From the IMG/VR virus record IMGVR_UViG_3300037063_000214: a DNA stretch of 64,000 nucleotides, one strand, 5' to 3'. This document shows, in pieces, positions 29,909 through 40,129 of the stretch. A program made the position numbers and the translations under genes. The stretch's first letter is position 1. Each line of letters opens with the position of its first letter. Under the pieces are notes generated by a model. It did not search any database. It saw only the letters and a list, made by a program, of their open reading frames with translations, and was not told the DNA's origin. The DNA is from a virus.

Positions 29909-32900
29909 ATGTCATCACCAGCCACAACATTATCGCCGTTTATATTGGTCACCCCAGTTCTTCCTCCGGGTACAACGGTATTGTCTACGGATTCTTCGGT
30001 ATTGCCGTTCATTATTAACGCTAGTTTAGATACAACGAGAATAGAAATAGGCATCTACAATACCGTTTATGGGGTTGATACTTACACTACAAACACCAAT
30101 CAAAATCAGTTTACCTTAAGTGTACCTTTAATTCTTACGACAGCAAATACTAATGTACAGATAATTGGGCGTAATTATGATCCCACACAATTTCCTAACG
30201 GCTGGCTCGCTAGTACATCCGTAGCTCCAAATTTTGATTTTGCTGACCCCAACGGAAATGTTCAAGTGGTGTTGGGTACTTTAGTAAATAATCCTTTATC
30301 TTTAAATATCACATCTGGCACTACGGGAATCGTTCAACCATCATGGAATACCGCTATTCCAGCTAATATCACATATGTGAGCCTAGCTTATGGAACTTCA
30401 GTAATAGCTACACTCACAGCCGCTAATAATTTTGTAGCGGGACAATATGTTTACCTTACACGATTGACCAACGCTTCATTTTTGAACGGGCAACTGGTGG
30501 TAGTTTTACCGGGAGTAACACCTACTCAATTTCAAGTAGCTGTAATTAATACCCCTCTAACCTATTTGGCTCAACCGGATACGGGTTATGCCCAATCCAT
30601 TACCCTAGATAATGGGGTTGTATGGACAAACATAGGGCCTATAGCTGTCACCCCCATTGTTAAATTTTCATTACTGGCGTATCAAAGTAATTTATCTATG
30701 GCGATTTCCCCGCCCTCTGGTATTACCGCTAGTAAAAATCAATCAGAGTGTTTAATACAGTGGGTTACTCCAAATTATCCGGGCTTCATCGGGGTCAGAG
30801 TGATGCTGTCTACTGATCCAGCTGGAATCAATCCCCCATACACTCAGTTTGGGGATTTAGTTTCAAACATCAGCAGCACCGCACCTACAATTATTGATAC
30901 TGAAACCACCAGTGCAACCAATGTGTCTGAAGTTATTATTACCGGCATTGGTATTTTTAACAATGTCTTGACGGTACAAGCACAAAATACATTCACCCCG
31001 GGTACAGTGGTTCAGTTTTCTAATATAGCCAACGCAGATTTTCTTGATAATGAAACGGTCACTATATTGACGACCACACCGTCTCAATTCACAGCTAGTT
31101 ATACATCTTTGAATTATCCTAACCCTACCACTTCATCCCTCTTTATTGCAGCAGATACAGGACAGGCTACAAGTATCGTATCCACAAACATTGTTACAAA
31201 TACAAGCACAGTAATGGAGACAAATTATAGCAGTGTAGAGATTCCGTATACAACTATTAACAATTCCATATTTTATGCTCTGTTTTCCACGATAATTCAA
31301 GACCCAGGAACAAATACAATGTACGAGTCTGTGCAAAACGGACCTTTAACCTGCGGCTTTGTAAACCTACAACTGGCTAATCCTACAGATTTTCCCGTTC
31401 TACAACGCAAAGAAGACATTGCCGGTAGATTGATTACTCAAATTACTCGGCAACTTCCGAATTTGGATTTGTCACCCCGTTCAGAAATCCGTGATATGTT
31501 TATCGATCCTTTTTCGATTGAGCTAGCAAGTATGTCTGTGCGTGAATGGTTCGCCAGGGTTTCAGAATCTATCTCCGCTATTTCTCAAGTTGATAATGTT
31601 AGTGGAAACGGCGTATCCGACCCATTTCAATCATCACCATATAAACAACAAATCGCTAGGGCTTTTGGTTTATCCGCAATAAGCACTCAAACCCTTATCA
31701 ATCAGCAGTTTGATTTATTGGGTGGGCAGGCTGGGTTAACTCGTTTGGGGGCTTCTACAGCTACCGGAGTTGCTACATTCTACGCCTATCAGCAACCGCA
31801 GTCCAGCATTACGATTCCCGAAGGGGCAGTGATCGCCACATCTCCGGATTCTAACACTGCCGCGGTGAGTTTCACTACTCTAGGGCAAGGGGTTATTAAT
31901 TTATCTAATCTATCCGCGTTCTACAACTCCCAATCTGGCTGGTGGGGAGTAAGCGTACCCATACAATGTACGCAACCAGGTTCAATCGGCAATGTAGGCG
32001 CTGGTACAATTACTCAAACAGTCACAGGTGTTCAGGCTGGGGTGAGTGTTACTAATTTAACCGCCGCACAATACGGAACAGACCAAGAAACCAATGCTGC
32101 ATTTGCTGCTAGAATTCAAGCTCGTTTGGTAACTGGAATTGATAATAGCTCACGAAATGGGTATTTGGTCAATGCTTTAAGCACTCCCGGTATCATTGGG
32201 GCTCAAATTGTGGCAGCTGGTGATTTGGACATGCTCAGAGACTGGGATCCTACTCGACAAAAGCATGTCTTTGGCTGCGTGGATATTTATGTGCGAGGTA
32301 CTACATACTCAGAGCAAAATGAGTTTGTCCCATTTCAGTACGCCAACAACGGAACGTACGGCATCTATAATACCTATTCTTCACTCGTTTACCAAGCGGG
32401 GACACTTCAGTTTCAAATTCAAGGTTATAATACTTTGGCGTATCCTCCATACGATGGTGTGGAACTACTGGTATCTCGTTCATCTACTCAGAGTTTTTAT
32501 CTGTCATTAGATAGAGCCCAATTCGTGAATAACACTGTTATTCTAAACCCCAATGATATAGCATATCAATATGCAGGTAACTCAATTACATATGCTAAGG
32601 TTGCGCTGAATATTAATAATGTTCCAGCCACAAATCAAGCCGCCTTAGCAGCTATCTCTGGTGCTTTGGTTAATACTTACACTTTTCAGTTGTTATTCCG
32701 TGAAAAATCAACTTTTATCCATGCTCCTGCGTTACAGCCTATAATTCAAGTGAATTCTATTACAGGGGAACCTACTCCTACTGGCACAGGCGTGGTTAAT
32801 TCGAATATTGTGAGTTTGATTCATACATCAGATTTTTTACTCAACGGTGGATCAAACAACGCTGGGGATCTGGTTGAAGTAGCAATACAAAGTCAACCTA

Positions 32901-34657
32901 TTACAAATGTTATTACAGCCAGCACTATGAATCCGGTGTTGATTGACACCGCGATGGATGTCCCCCTGAATAATAATGGAAATCCTTTGAATGTTTTATC
33001 TGTTCTTAGTCAGGATATGTCAACTTCTTATATTTATGGAACAGACTACACTATCGTTCCCTACGGTCCTTATCATCAGTATGGTTTGCAAGTTCTTACT
33101 TCTACTGTCGTAGTCACGGGAGTGAATATAAGTAATAATGTGATTACAGTCATAGCAAATAATGAGTTTGGTATAGGATCTTCTGTAACATTAAACGGGT
33201 TTACAAACTCATCTTTCTTGAACGGCCAAGTTCTTACAATCGCCACAGCAACGTCTTCATTTTTTACAGCTACCTTTACTTATCCCAGCTATGTCGGTAT
33301 AGATAGCGGTACAGCGATGGGCAGCGCCATTCAAAATAATCAACAGGTATCTGTAACATATAACAAATTTGTCTTATATGAACGCCTGAACTTTGTAAGC
33401 GAAGAAACTCAGATACTTACCGGGTCTCTTCCTACTATGTTGGATAACGATGGTTTTGTATATAATGTATGGTTGCCTCAGAGTTACACAACTGGGATAC
33501 CTACTTTTCCCGTTACTCAGCTTGGGTATTCTTTGCTACTTGATGGATGGGACGGGCAGTATAACACTATAGACGGTGGTTTGGATACAGGGGGTTCTTT
33601 AACTTTTGATCCATCTGGTCTAGTGGGTAATCAAGTTCCTTATGCCTCTAGATATATCAAGGTGACATATAATAATGGAATTTTAGATGTAGTGATGCAA
33701 GAAGGTTTAGATTTTACTTTAACCGTCGATCCTACAACAAAGGCAGCAACCATTACTCGTATTCTTACTGGTAAGATACCTGACGGCGCTACAGTTAATG
33801 TATCGTATTTTACCTTGGAAACTTTTACATTTTCTACCCAGTATCCATCTTTTGTACAAGTTTTAGCAACCGCCATCGCTCAAACTCAGTCTGCTTGTGC
33901 AGACGTAGCGATTAAAGCTATGGTAAGTAACCCTATTGATATTACACTTACAGTTACCCTTAACGCCAGCACATCTCCAGCAACTGTGGATCCTATTATT
34001 CGTACAGTCATTGATATTGTGCTAGATAACGCCGTAGGTACATTATATCAATCTGAGTTGATTACACAAATCCAGTCGATTACCGGAGTGCAAAATATTG
34101 AAATACCTCTTTTGAGATGCGCTAAATCTGATGGCAGTTATGATATCGGGGTTGTAATTCCCACAGGCACGAAATGGATTCCACTTTCATCTGACTCAGC
34201 TTTCGCCGGTATTAGTACCCCAAAAAATAGTTGGATTACAGCGGACCCCGTGCTGCCGGATACTACGATTCCATCTGGAGGGGCGGTGGATGCTATTGTA
34301 GATTTTCTTTATCAAGGACAGGCTTTTCAAAGAGCTTTATCTATTCAAAATTTTCTAACCAATCCTGTGACAGTTCAAAATATCGCTGTTCCTCCAGGTG
34401 CTACTTATGATACTCCCGGCTCATTTTATATCATAGGGCAGAATGATGAGATTAGTTCCACGGTGTCTTTACCCAATTCTTATTCTCAAAGAATTATCGC
34501 TACAGTCCCTGAAAATATTTTGAATCCGTCTTATTATAGTTACTTCTGTACTTATCAAGTTTATAATGAAGGGGGTGCGTCCGATGTAACTGTATCGCCC
34601 ACAGAATATCTATCCCCCGGGACTGTTACGATCGCATATCAAATAGCGGGGCAATAA
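29909..34657 (+). CDS. Giant structural protein (1582 aa) with three or more GF-T-N-x-x-F-L-N-G...FTA modules
   Basis: AGQYVYLTRLTNASFLNGQLVVVL..TQFQVAV; GTVVQFSNIANADFLDNETVTILTTTPSQFTASY; SSVTLNGFTNSSFLNGQVLTIATATSSFFTATF. Confidence 0.65.
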   Translation: MSSPATTLSPFILVTPVLPPGTTVLSTDSSVLPFIINASLDTTRIEIGIYNTVYGVDTYTTNTNQNQFTLSVPLILTTANTNVQIIGRNYDPTQFPNGWLASTSVAPNFDFADPNGNVQVVLGTLVNNPLSLNITSGTTGIVQPSWNTAIPANITYVSLAYGTSVIATLTAANNFVAGQYVYLTRLTNASFLNGQLVVVLPGVTPTQFQVAVINTPLTYLAQPDTGYAQSITLDNGVVWTNIGPIAVTPIVKFSLLAYQSNLSMAISPPSGITASKNQSECLIQWVTPNYPGFIGVRVMLSTDPAGINPPYTQFGDLVSNISSTAPTIIDTETTSATNVSEVIITGIGIFNNVLTVQAQNTFTPGTVVQFSNIANADFLDNETVTILTTTPSQFTASYTSLNYPNPTTSSLFIAADTGQATSIVSTNIVTNTSTVMETNYSSVEIPYTTINNSIFYALFSTIIQDPGTNTMYESVQNGPLTCGFVNLQLANPTDFPVLQRKEDIAGRLITQITRQLPNLDLSPRSEIRDMFIDPFSIELASMSVREWFARVSESISAISQVDNVSGNGVSDPFQSSPYKQQIARAFGLSAISTQTLINQQFDLLGGQAGLTRLGASTATGVATFYAYQQPQSSITIPEGAVIATSPDSNTAAVSFTTLGQGVINLSNLSAFYNSQSGWWGVSVPIQCTQPGSIGNVGAGTITQTVTGVQAGVSVTNLTAAQYGTDQETNAAFAARIQARLVTGIDNSSRNGYLVNALSTPGIIGAQIVAAGDLDMLRDWDPTRQKHVFGCVDIYVRGTTYSEQNEFVPFQYANNGTYGIYNTYSSLVYQAGTLQFQIQGYNTLAYPPYDGVELLVSRSSTQSFYLSLDRAQFVNNTVILNPNDIAYQYAGNSITYAKVALNINNVPATNQAALAAISGALVNTYTFQLLFREKSTFIHAPALQPIIQVNSITGEPTPTGTGVVNSNIVSLIHTSDFLLNGGSNNAGDLVEVAIQSQPITNVITASTMNPVLIDTAMDVPLNNNGNPLNVLSVLSQDMSTSYIYGTDYTIVPYGPYHQYGLQVLTSTVVVTGVNISNNVITVIANNEFGIGSSVTLNGFTNSSFLNGQVLTIATATSSFFTATFTYPSYVGIDSGTAMGSAIQNNQQVSVTYNKFVLYERLNFVSEETQILTGSLPTMLDNDGFVYNVWLPQSYTTGIPTFPVTQLGYSLLLDGWDGQYNTIDGGLDTGGSLTFDPSGLVGNQVPYASRYIKVTYNNGILDVVMQEGLDFTLTVDPTTKAATITRILTGKIPDGATVNVSYFTLETFTFSTQYPSFVQVLATAIAQTQSACADVAIKAMVSNPIDITLTVTLNASTSPATVDPIIRTVIDIVLDNAVGTLYQSELITQIQSITGVQNIEIPLLRCAKSDGSYDIGVVIPTGTKWIPLSSDSAFAGISTPKNSWITADPVLPDTTIPSGGAVDAIVDFLYQGQAFQRALSIQNFLTNPVTVQNIAVPPGATYDTPGSFYIIGQNDEISSTVSLPNSYSQRIIATVPENILNPSYYSYFCTYQVYNEGGASDVTVSPTEYLSPGTVTIAYQIAGQ

Positions 34658-37116
34658 TGGCTAATCTTATTAATAATAACCCAGATTTACTATATATCCG
34701 TAGCCGAGAAGATTTACTACAATTTTCTGACAGTCGGCTGAACTCACTTTTACAAGCTGTGGCGAATTTTTACACTACTCGTAATGACCAATCTACGTGG
34801 GGTAATTTTCTTCGAGCCTTGGCGGATGAGCTAGCAACCCTAGATTATGATTATGCCTATGATATCGTCAATAAAAGTCCCAGCTTTCTCACTCCCACGG
34901 ATATTCGTCGCCGCTGGGCAGCACCTTTGTATGTAAGTTCTAACTGGCCCAGCCAAGGGCAGTTTGATTTGGCGTTTAAAGCCATGCTCGTAGAGTTGAT
35001 TGCCGCTTATCAGCAAGGCACCACAGTGGCAGCTATTCAAGATGTAATTTATGCCTACACAGGTATTGATATTCAGGTACAAGAATTGTATAAACAGATA
35101 GGGAACGGAGTTTACGATCAATCTGATAGGAATTCTCTTCTGGTTAGTGTGAATGTGGGAAATGCGGGTTCAAATCCTCTTACAACTATTACATCTCTGG
35201 CACAGCTTCAAACTATCATTCAAAGTTTATATACAGCCATTGATCTAGCAAAACCAGCACATGTGGGGTTGGAATTTACTACAGTATTCAGTGAAGGGGA
35301 GCAATTGGACTGCATACTAAGTCCAACATACTTGACCCAGCAGCAGTACATTACAATGACCCAGGGTGTACAAGCGTACTATGTTAAAACTGGGTATGTT
35401 CCGACCAATCCCCCATTATTTTGGTTGGGAAATACAACCTATTTATTAAATAGTTTGGTTCTAGATTCGAATCAAAATTTTCAGTTAGTGACCGGTTCTA
35501 CAGGATTGGGGGAGACAGGGGTTACTGTACCAGTTTGGAATACCTTATCAGAAGGTACGACAAATGATAATCAACTCACATGGACAAATATTTCCCCCGC
35601 GGTGACAAGTATTGAAATACAAAACAATATAGTTACTGTTAGCCTTAATTTTTCTGCCCCTTTGAGTTTGGGAAATATAGTTACTTTGATAAATTTGGGG
35701 TACGCTACTTTTTTGAACGGTGTAGCTCTTACTGTACTCTCTGTAACGGGTAATACTTTTACAGCTGCCTACAATTATATCAACTCCCCGCCAAATTATG
35801 GACCTACTACCGAAACTCAAGGTACCGCAACTTTTGTTTTTCCGCCAGTGATTACAGCGACTCAGTGGCTTGCCTTACCGTTACAGTGGCAGGCGTTATA
35901 TCAGTTACAGTACACAAATGAGAATTGTCAATCTACCGGAATTAACGATATCTTGCGAATTTATGTGCGCCAAGTTGAAACTCCACCGTGGGGACCGATG
36001 TTGATACAAGCTCCTGTGCTAGACCCAGCGAATCCGTCTACTACAATTGCGGCGTATGGAAGATTATTAAGTCCTACGCTTACACCGAGCGCCTGGTCAA
36101 TATTGCCTAATATTTTTGTAGATGTAACAAGCGCCTATTCTGATGGTATGAACGCTACCTATACTTATATTCCTCGCACTCAATTTCTCCATGATGGGGA
36201 ACAGCTAACCATAACAGGGTTTACAAATCCAGCGTTAAATGTAACCGCTAGGATACATAAGGTTACAAATTTAGTTGCCAATGTGACGGGAGTAAATATC
36301 ACTACTATGGGCTCGCCTCCTGTTAGTACTTTAACTGTAAGTACCGACTCTAATTTTTTATACCCAGGGGCTATTGTTAATTTTGCTAATACCGCTGAAT
36401 CTTTTTTGAATGATACAGAAGTGGTTGTACTTACCGCCAGTCCAACAGGATTTACCGCTATTGCGCCATTGAGTGCTCCAACTTCTTATATTAATTCAGC
36501 GGATACAGGTACAGCAGAGGTTACGTCCTTTCAAATACCTTTAGCTCAAGTTATAGCATTGGAAACTCAGGACGGAACATCGGCAGGGTTAGTAACCCCA
36601 ACTCTGCAATCTGCGTATTACTACTCGGACGGAAATTATATACTAGGGCAAGCTCCAATTAATACAACAGGAGCGGGACAAGGAGAAAGCTGGAATCCTG
36701 GGGAGAGTGTGTTTATCGGACAGTTGATTGTAGATTCTAATGGATACACTCAAATAGCCTTAAATAGTGGAACTACAAATTCCGTTAGTCCTATTTGGTC
36801 TACAGAATTAGACGCAACTACTGAAGATAATGGTGGTGGTGGGTTTGACCTAGTTCGTTTACCTCATCCTATTATTACATCACAAGGAGTTACATGGCAA
36901 AATTTGGGTATGAGTACATTATCTGATCCAAAAAATTGGGTCGGTATATTGAATTTTAATGTAGAAATAATTCCTCCAGCACTTGTTCCTTTTACCGGAG
37001 AAGTAGGTAATTGGGACATTCTACATCTTTATGGTTTAGTTGCTCCCAGGCTTTCGCAGACTTGGGAGATATCGGGTGATCCGCAGGATCAAGATTTCAT
37101 ATTTGGGCTTTTTTAG
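34657..37116 (+). CDS. Large structural protein (819 aa) with three GF-T-N...FTA modules
   Basis: TAATG overlap. NIVTLINLGYATFLNGVALTVLSVTGNTFTAAY; QLTITGFTNPALNVTARIHKVTN; AIVNFANTAESFLNDTEVVVLTASPTGFTAIA. Confidence 0.65.
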   Translation: MANLINNNPDLLYIRSREDLLQFSDSRLNSLLQAVANFYTTRNDQSTWGNFLRALADELATLDYDYAYDIVNKSPSFLTPTDIRRRWAAPLYVSSNWPSQGQFDLAFKAMLVELIAAYQQGTTVAAIQDVIYAYTGIDIQVQELYKQIGNGVYDQSDRNSLLVSVNVGNAGSNPLTTITSLAQLQTIIQSLYTAIDLAKPAHVGLEFTTVFSEGEQLDCILSPTYLTQQQYITMTQGVQAYYVKTGYVPTNPPLFWLGNTTYLLNSLVLDSNQNFQLVTGSTGLGETGVTVPVWNTLSEGTTNDNQLTWTNISPAVTSIEIQNNIVTVSLNFSAPLSLGNIVTLINLGYATFLNGVALTVLSVTGNTFTAAYNYINSPPNYGPTTETQGTATFVFPPVITATQWLALPLQWQALYQLQYTNENCQSTGINDILRIYVRQVETPPWGPMLIQAPVLDPANPSTTIAAYGRLLSPTLTPSAWSILPNIFVDVTSAYSDGMNATYTYIPRTQFLHDGEQLTITGFTNPALNVTARIHKVTNLVANVTGVNITTMGSPPVSTLTVSTDSNFLYPGAIVNFANTAESFLNDTEVVVLTASPTGFTAIAPLSAPTSYINSADTGTAEVTSFQIPLAQVIALETQDGTSAGLVTPTLQSAYYYSDGNYILGQAPINTTGAGQGESWNPGESVFIGQLIVDSNGYTQIALNSGTTNSVSPIWSTELDATTEDNGGGGFDLVRLPHPIITSQGVTWQNLGMSTLSDPKNWVGILNFNVEIIPPALVPFTGEVGNWDILHLYGLVAPRLSQTWEISGDPQDQDFIFGLF

Positions 37117-37136
37117 CTAACAAAATCTTAAATAGG

Positions 37137-38579
37137 ATGATAAAAGCAACTAAAATCGCTTATGTAAGCCCCCCACATGGAGAATTGGTTCTTACCCTAA
37201 TCCATGACGCTAATCCCCGCGCGACCCTCACTTTAGACTTGGGGATTCCCAATTTCACCGTTTTTTCTATGACCTTACCTCTAGCTGAAGGGGAACCTAA
37301 AGCTATGTCAGAACTCATAGCGGAATCTGTCCATGTGCTCCTGGATGAAGTAGCCTCTTTTATGCTTAGCATGGAATATGAAGATGCAGTAATCAAACTT
37401 ATTTATGCAACTGTACTTACATGTTTTAAGGGCATGAGTCAAGAAGCGGATACATCTAAAGAACAAGATGAATCGGGACAAGATCCAACGGTGAAAATGT
37501 TTGAAGGAACATTCGATATTCCGATGGACTTCATCAATGAAACTCAGCGCAAGGTGGTTACAGCTTCCACATCAGCTACAGCATCGTCAAAAATACGCCG
37601 TGATCCACCAACTCGTCATATTGAGTTTACTTACTCTCCGAAAGAGAAGATCAAAGCTATTGATACAGCGCGTGTTATACGGCAGTATAGAAATCGCAGC
37701 CTCAAGCAGCAACCTCGTCCTATGTATGTAATCGTGTATAATCAAATGGGTAGACCCACCGGTACTATTCTCGTTGGCCCCGGTAAAAATTTCAAAAATG
37801 AACTGCTGCATAAGATGAAAAAGAGCAGTGTGGATTTTACTGAGCCCGTAAGTTTTGTCAATGAACAAGAAATGAAATCGTCTCCGCTTAACGGTATTCC
37901 CCGCACTATATCTGTTGGCGGAATGACTTACCAACCGGAGTCTGTTTCTGGGGGAGATATGTGTTTGTATCACGGACCGCAAGATTACATCGTCAAGTTC
38001 GTAGATGGTCGTTCCCAAATATTCCCCGGTCGCCCCACTTTCCGTAAAATGCGGCAATTAAATTTCCCCGTACCCACTAAACGATATCGCTGGACAACTA
38101 TTCCAGAAAATTATTTGAAACAGCCAAAACCTCATATCCCCGAAGAAGAACCGAAAGAAGCGGCCTATGAGGATTCAGAAAAACTAAAAAATACAGTTCA
38201 AGCAGAATCGGTGGATAAGGTAACAAAAGATTTAGTGTATTTAAAACCTATGAAAACCTATGATGATTTAGTACCCTTGGATATTTTGAAGAAACGACTT
38301 CTGCGAGATAAGTTAGCAGATAGACCTATTTTTGAAGGTAAGATGGTAATTGACCGTATTGGGCATAGGGGAGTATATGAAGGTCAATTTAAATTGATCA
38401 TCCCACAGTATTTTATTCGAAGATATGGGGTACAGCGTGACGATGGTACTTTTTCAGTGTATCATTTAAGAAGGGATGGAAAAGCAAGGCGCGTAGGCTT
38501 ACGCCCTGTTCCAGCGGAAGAATTTCGAGAGGCAAAACCCATTGGAGAAGATGATGCAAACGCAAGTGGAGCTGTATAA
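37137..38579 (+). CDS. Basic (K/R-rich) hypothetical protein (480 aa), possibly an internal or DNA-associated virion protein
   Basis: Composition changes sharply from the preceding fibre proteins. Confidence 0.55.
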   Translation: MIKATKIAYVSPPHGELVLTLIHDANPRATLTLDLGIPNFTVFSMTLPLAEGEPKAMSELIAESVHVLLDEVASFMLSMEYEDAVIKLIYATVLTCFKGMSQEADTSKEQDESGQDPTVKMFEGTFDIPMDFINETQRKVVTASTSATASSKIRRDPPTRHIEFTYSPKEKIKAIDTARVIRQYRNRSLKQQPRPMYVIVYNQMGRPTGTILVGPGKNFKNELLHKMKKSSVDFTEPVSFVNEQEMKSSPLNGIPRTISVGGMTYQPESVSGGDMCLYHGPQDYIVKFVDGRSQIFPGRPTFRKMRQLNFPVPTKRYRWTTIPENYLKQPKPHIPEEEPKEAAYEDSEKLKNTVQAESVDKVTKDLVYLKPMKTYDDLVPLDILKKRLLRDKLADRPIFEGKMVIDRIGHRGVYEGQFKLIIPQYFIRRYGVQRDDGTFSVYHLRRDGKARRVGLRPVPAEEFREAKPIGEDDANASGAV

Positions 38580-38862
38580 CGAAGCAACAAATGAATTTAG
38601 AGTTTACTGGCTGGTGGACATGGATCATGAGACTCAATCCTGGCTAGTAAGAGGTCGCAAACTAGCCGTAGCATGGTTGAATTCTTCTCAAGACATAGAT
38701 TTAGGCGGTTTTGCACCATTATGTGTATCCAGAGTTTTTATAACGATACCCGATGACGCGGATTTACCACCAAACGCTCGTAAACTAACTTTATGGACAC
38801 AGTTAGAGGGCGATAGTATGTATGCACTGAATAAAGTGTGTCCTTATATCGGAACGGTTTAA
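38551..38862 (+). CDS. Hypothetical small protein (about 103 aa)
   Basis: Track ORF 38542..38862 begins at a TTG; the first ATG is 38551. Overlaps the upstream gene's end by about 29 nt. Confidence 0.4.
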   Translation: MMQTQVELYNEATNEFRVYWLVDMDHETQSWLVRGRKLAVAWLNSSQDIDLGGFAPLCVSRVFITIPDDADLPPNARKLTLWTQLEGDSMYALNKVCPYIGTV

Positions 38863-38865
38863 AAA

Positions 38866-39543
38866 ATGGTTTATAAAGAGGTTTCAATGCCAATTCAATA
38901 TAAAGATGAGTTTTATACACAAAAGCCACCTATCGACTCGGGTTATATTCGTATCATGAGGGCGGATACCGGAGAAATTCTCTGGCAGCAAAAAAATGTC
39001 ATAACGAATACCGTAAAATGGCTTTTTGCACGGCTCATGGCAAATGCCCTTCCTAACGCTCCGCAGCCGCCCTATACGCTAGGGCAATCTGGGGTGTATG
39101 CTGACCCCCTTTATGGCATCTGGGGGCTTGCAATAGGCTCTGGAAGCCCTAGCTGGGCCCCTGAGACGCAACCTGACCCGACTCCTACTCAAACCGCCTT
39201 GATTTCTCAATTCCTGCGTAAAAAGTTGACCCGTATCAATTATGTGGACACGAATTTTACCCCATTGAACACATTCAGTACCATGGTTGATTTTCAAACT
39301 ACGGTAAATGCGACCACAGATAATATCACGCAAGCAATTAGAGAAATGGGATTGATTGGAGGCGGGACTTTAATTGGAGCAGGGGGACAACCCACTGACA
39401 TGCAAACAGCTCCATATTTTAATCCTACGGGAACCCCCCCAGGACCAGCTGATAGCGTAGTGCTTATAAACTACAAAACACTGCCACCATTGATTCTTCC
39501 GAGCGGAGTTGATATAATTTTCAGCTGGATCCTACAATTTTGA
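38866..39543 (+). CDS. Hypothetical protein (225 aa)
   Basis: ORF starts 4 nt after the upstream stop; last gene of the + late operon. Confidence 0.5.
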   Translation: MVYKEVSMPIQYKDEFYTQKPPIDSGYIRIMRADTGEILWQQKNVITNTVKWLFARLMANALPNAPQPPYTLGQSGVYADPLYGIWGLAIGSGSPSWAPETQPDPTPTQTALISQFLRKKLTRINYVDTNFTPLNTFSTMVDFQTTVNATTDNITQAIREMGLIGGGTLIGAGGQPTDMQTAPYFNPTGTPPGPADSVVLINYKTLPPLILPSGVDIIFSWILQF

Positions 39544-39562
39544 GAACGGTAAGTACTTAATT

Positions 39563-39784
39563 ATGGATTCTCCAGAATATATAGATGATTGGGGGCTTTC
39601 TCCCAAAGATATAGCTACCATCAAACGCGCCGTGCAAGACGCTAATGATGGGCTCACTTATACATTGATCCCGGGATCCTCATTGAGATTTCGTTGCAAT
39701 CCCTGCGGTAGAGAAGCAGATATTGATGAAAGGCCATTTCCCCACAAATTAAATTGTCCTATGAAAAAGTCAATACACCGCTAA
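39563..39784 (+). CDS. Small Cys-containing hypothetical protein (73 aa)
   Basis: ORF with CNPCGRE...NCP, a possible zinc ribbon. Confidence 0.35.
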   Translation: MDSPEYIDDWGLSPKDIATIKRAVQDANDGLTYTLIPGSSLRFRCNPCGREADIDERPFPHKLNCPMKKSIHR

Positions 39785-39820
39785 AACGGGGGGCTTCCGC
39801 TTGGCAAGTTCAGGTGAATT

Positions 39821-40117
39821 ATGAGAGTACAACAAAAAATGCCCGCTCCTATTCGTATATACACACAATTGGGTTGTGCGCCCTGTGACGCTACGAAAAA
39901 ATATTTCCAAGATCGTGGTGTACCCATTGAAGTGGTTATTGTAGATGAACTCCTAAAACAAGGTATTGCTCGTTCTCTAGAAGTAAAAGAATTACAGACT
40001 CCTATTACTATGTGCTACGCTGGGGAAGCAACTCAACTCGTTATTGGATACAGTCCGGAAGCTTTTGACAAATTTATCGAAGATTCTAAAGATTTCAAGA
40101 TGCCACATGTTTTGTAG
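39821..40117 (+). CDS. Glutaredoxin/NrdH-like redoxin (98 aa)
   Basis: IRIYTQLGCAPCDATKKYFQDRGVPIEVVIVDE has the CxxC thioredoxin-fold motif with an NrdH-like layout. Confidence 0.5.
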   Translation: MRVQQKMPAPIRIYTQLGCAPCDATKKYFQDRGVPIEVVIVDELLKQGIARSLEVKELQTPITMCYAGEATQLVIGYSPEAFDKFIEDSKDFKMPHVL

Positions 40118-40129
40118 TATAATGATAGT

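Noticed and set aside
16915-36000. Many 60-120-aa antisense or alternative-frame ORFs inside the giant structural genes (e.g. 16915..17208-, 19494..19856-, 22778..23023-, 26963..27274-, 32196..32510+, 35548..35820-)
   Set aside because: All are nested within long continuous ORFs that carry recognisable repeat modules. These are expected chance ORFs in AT-moderate sequence.
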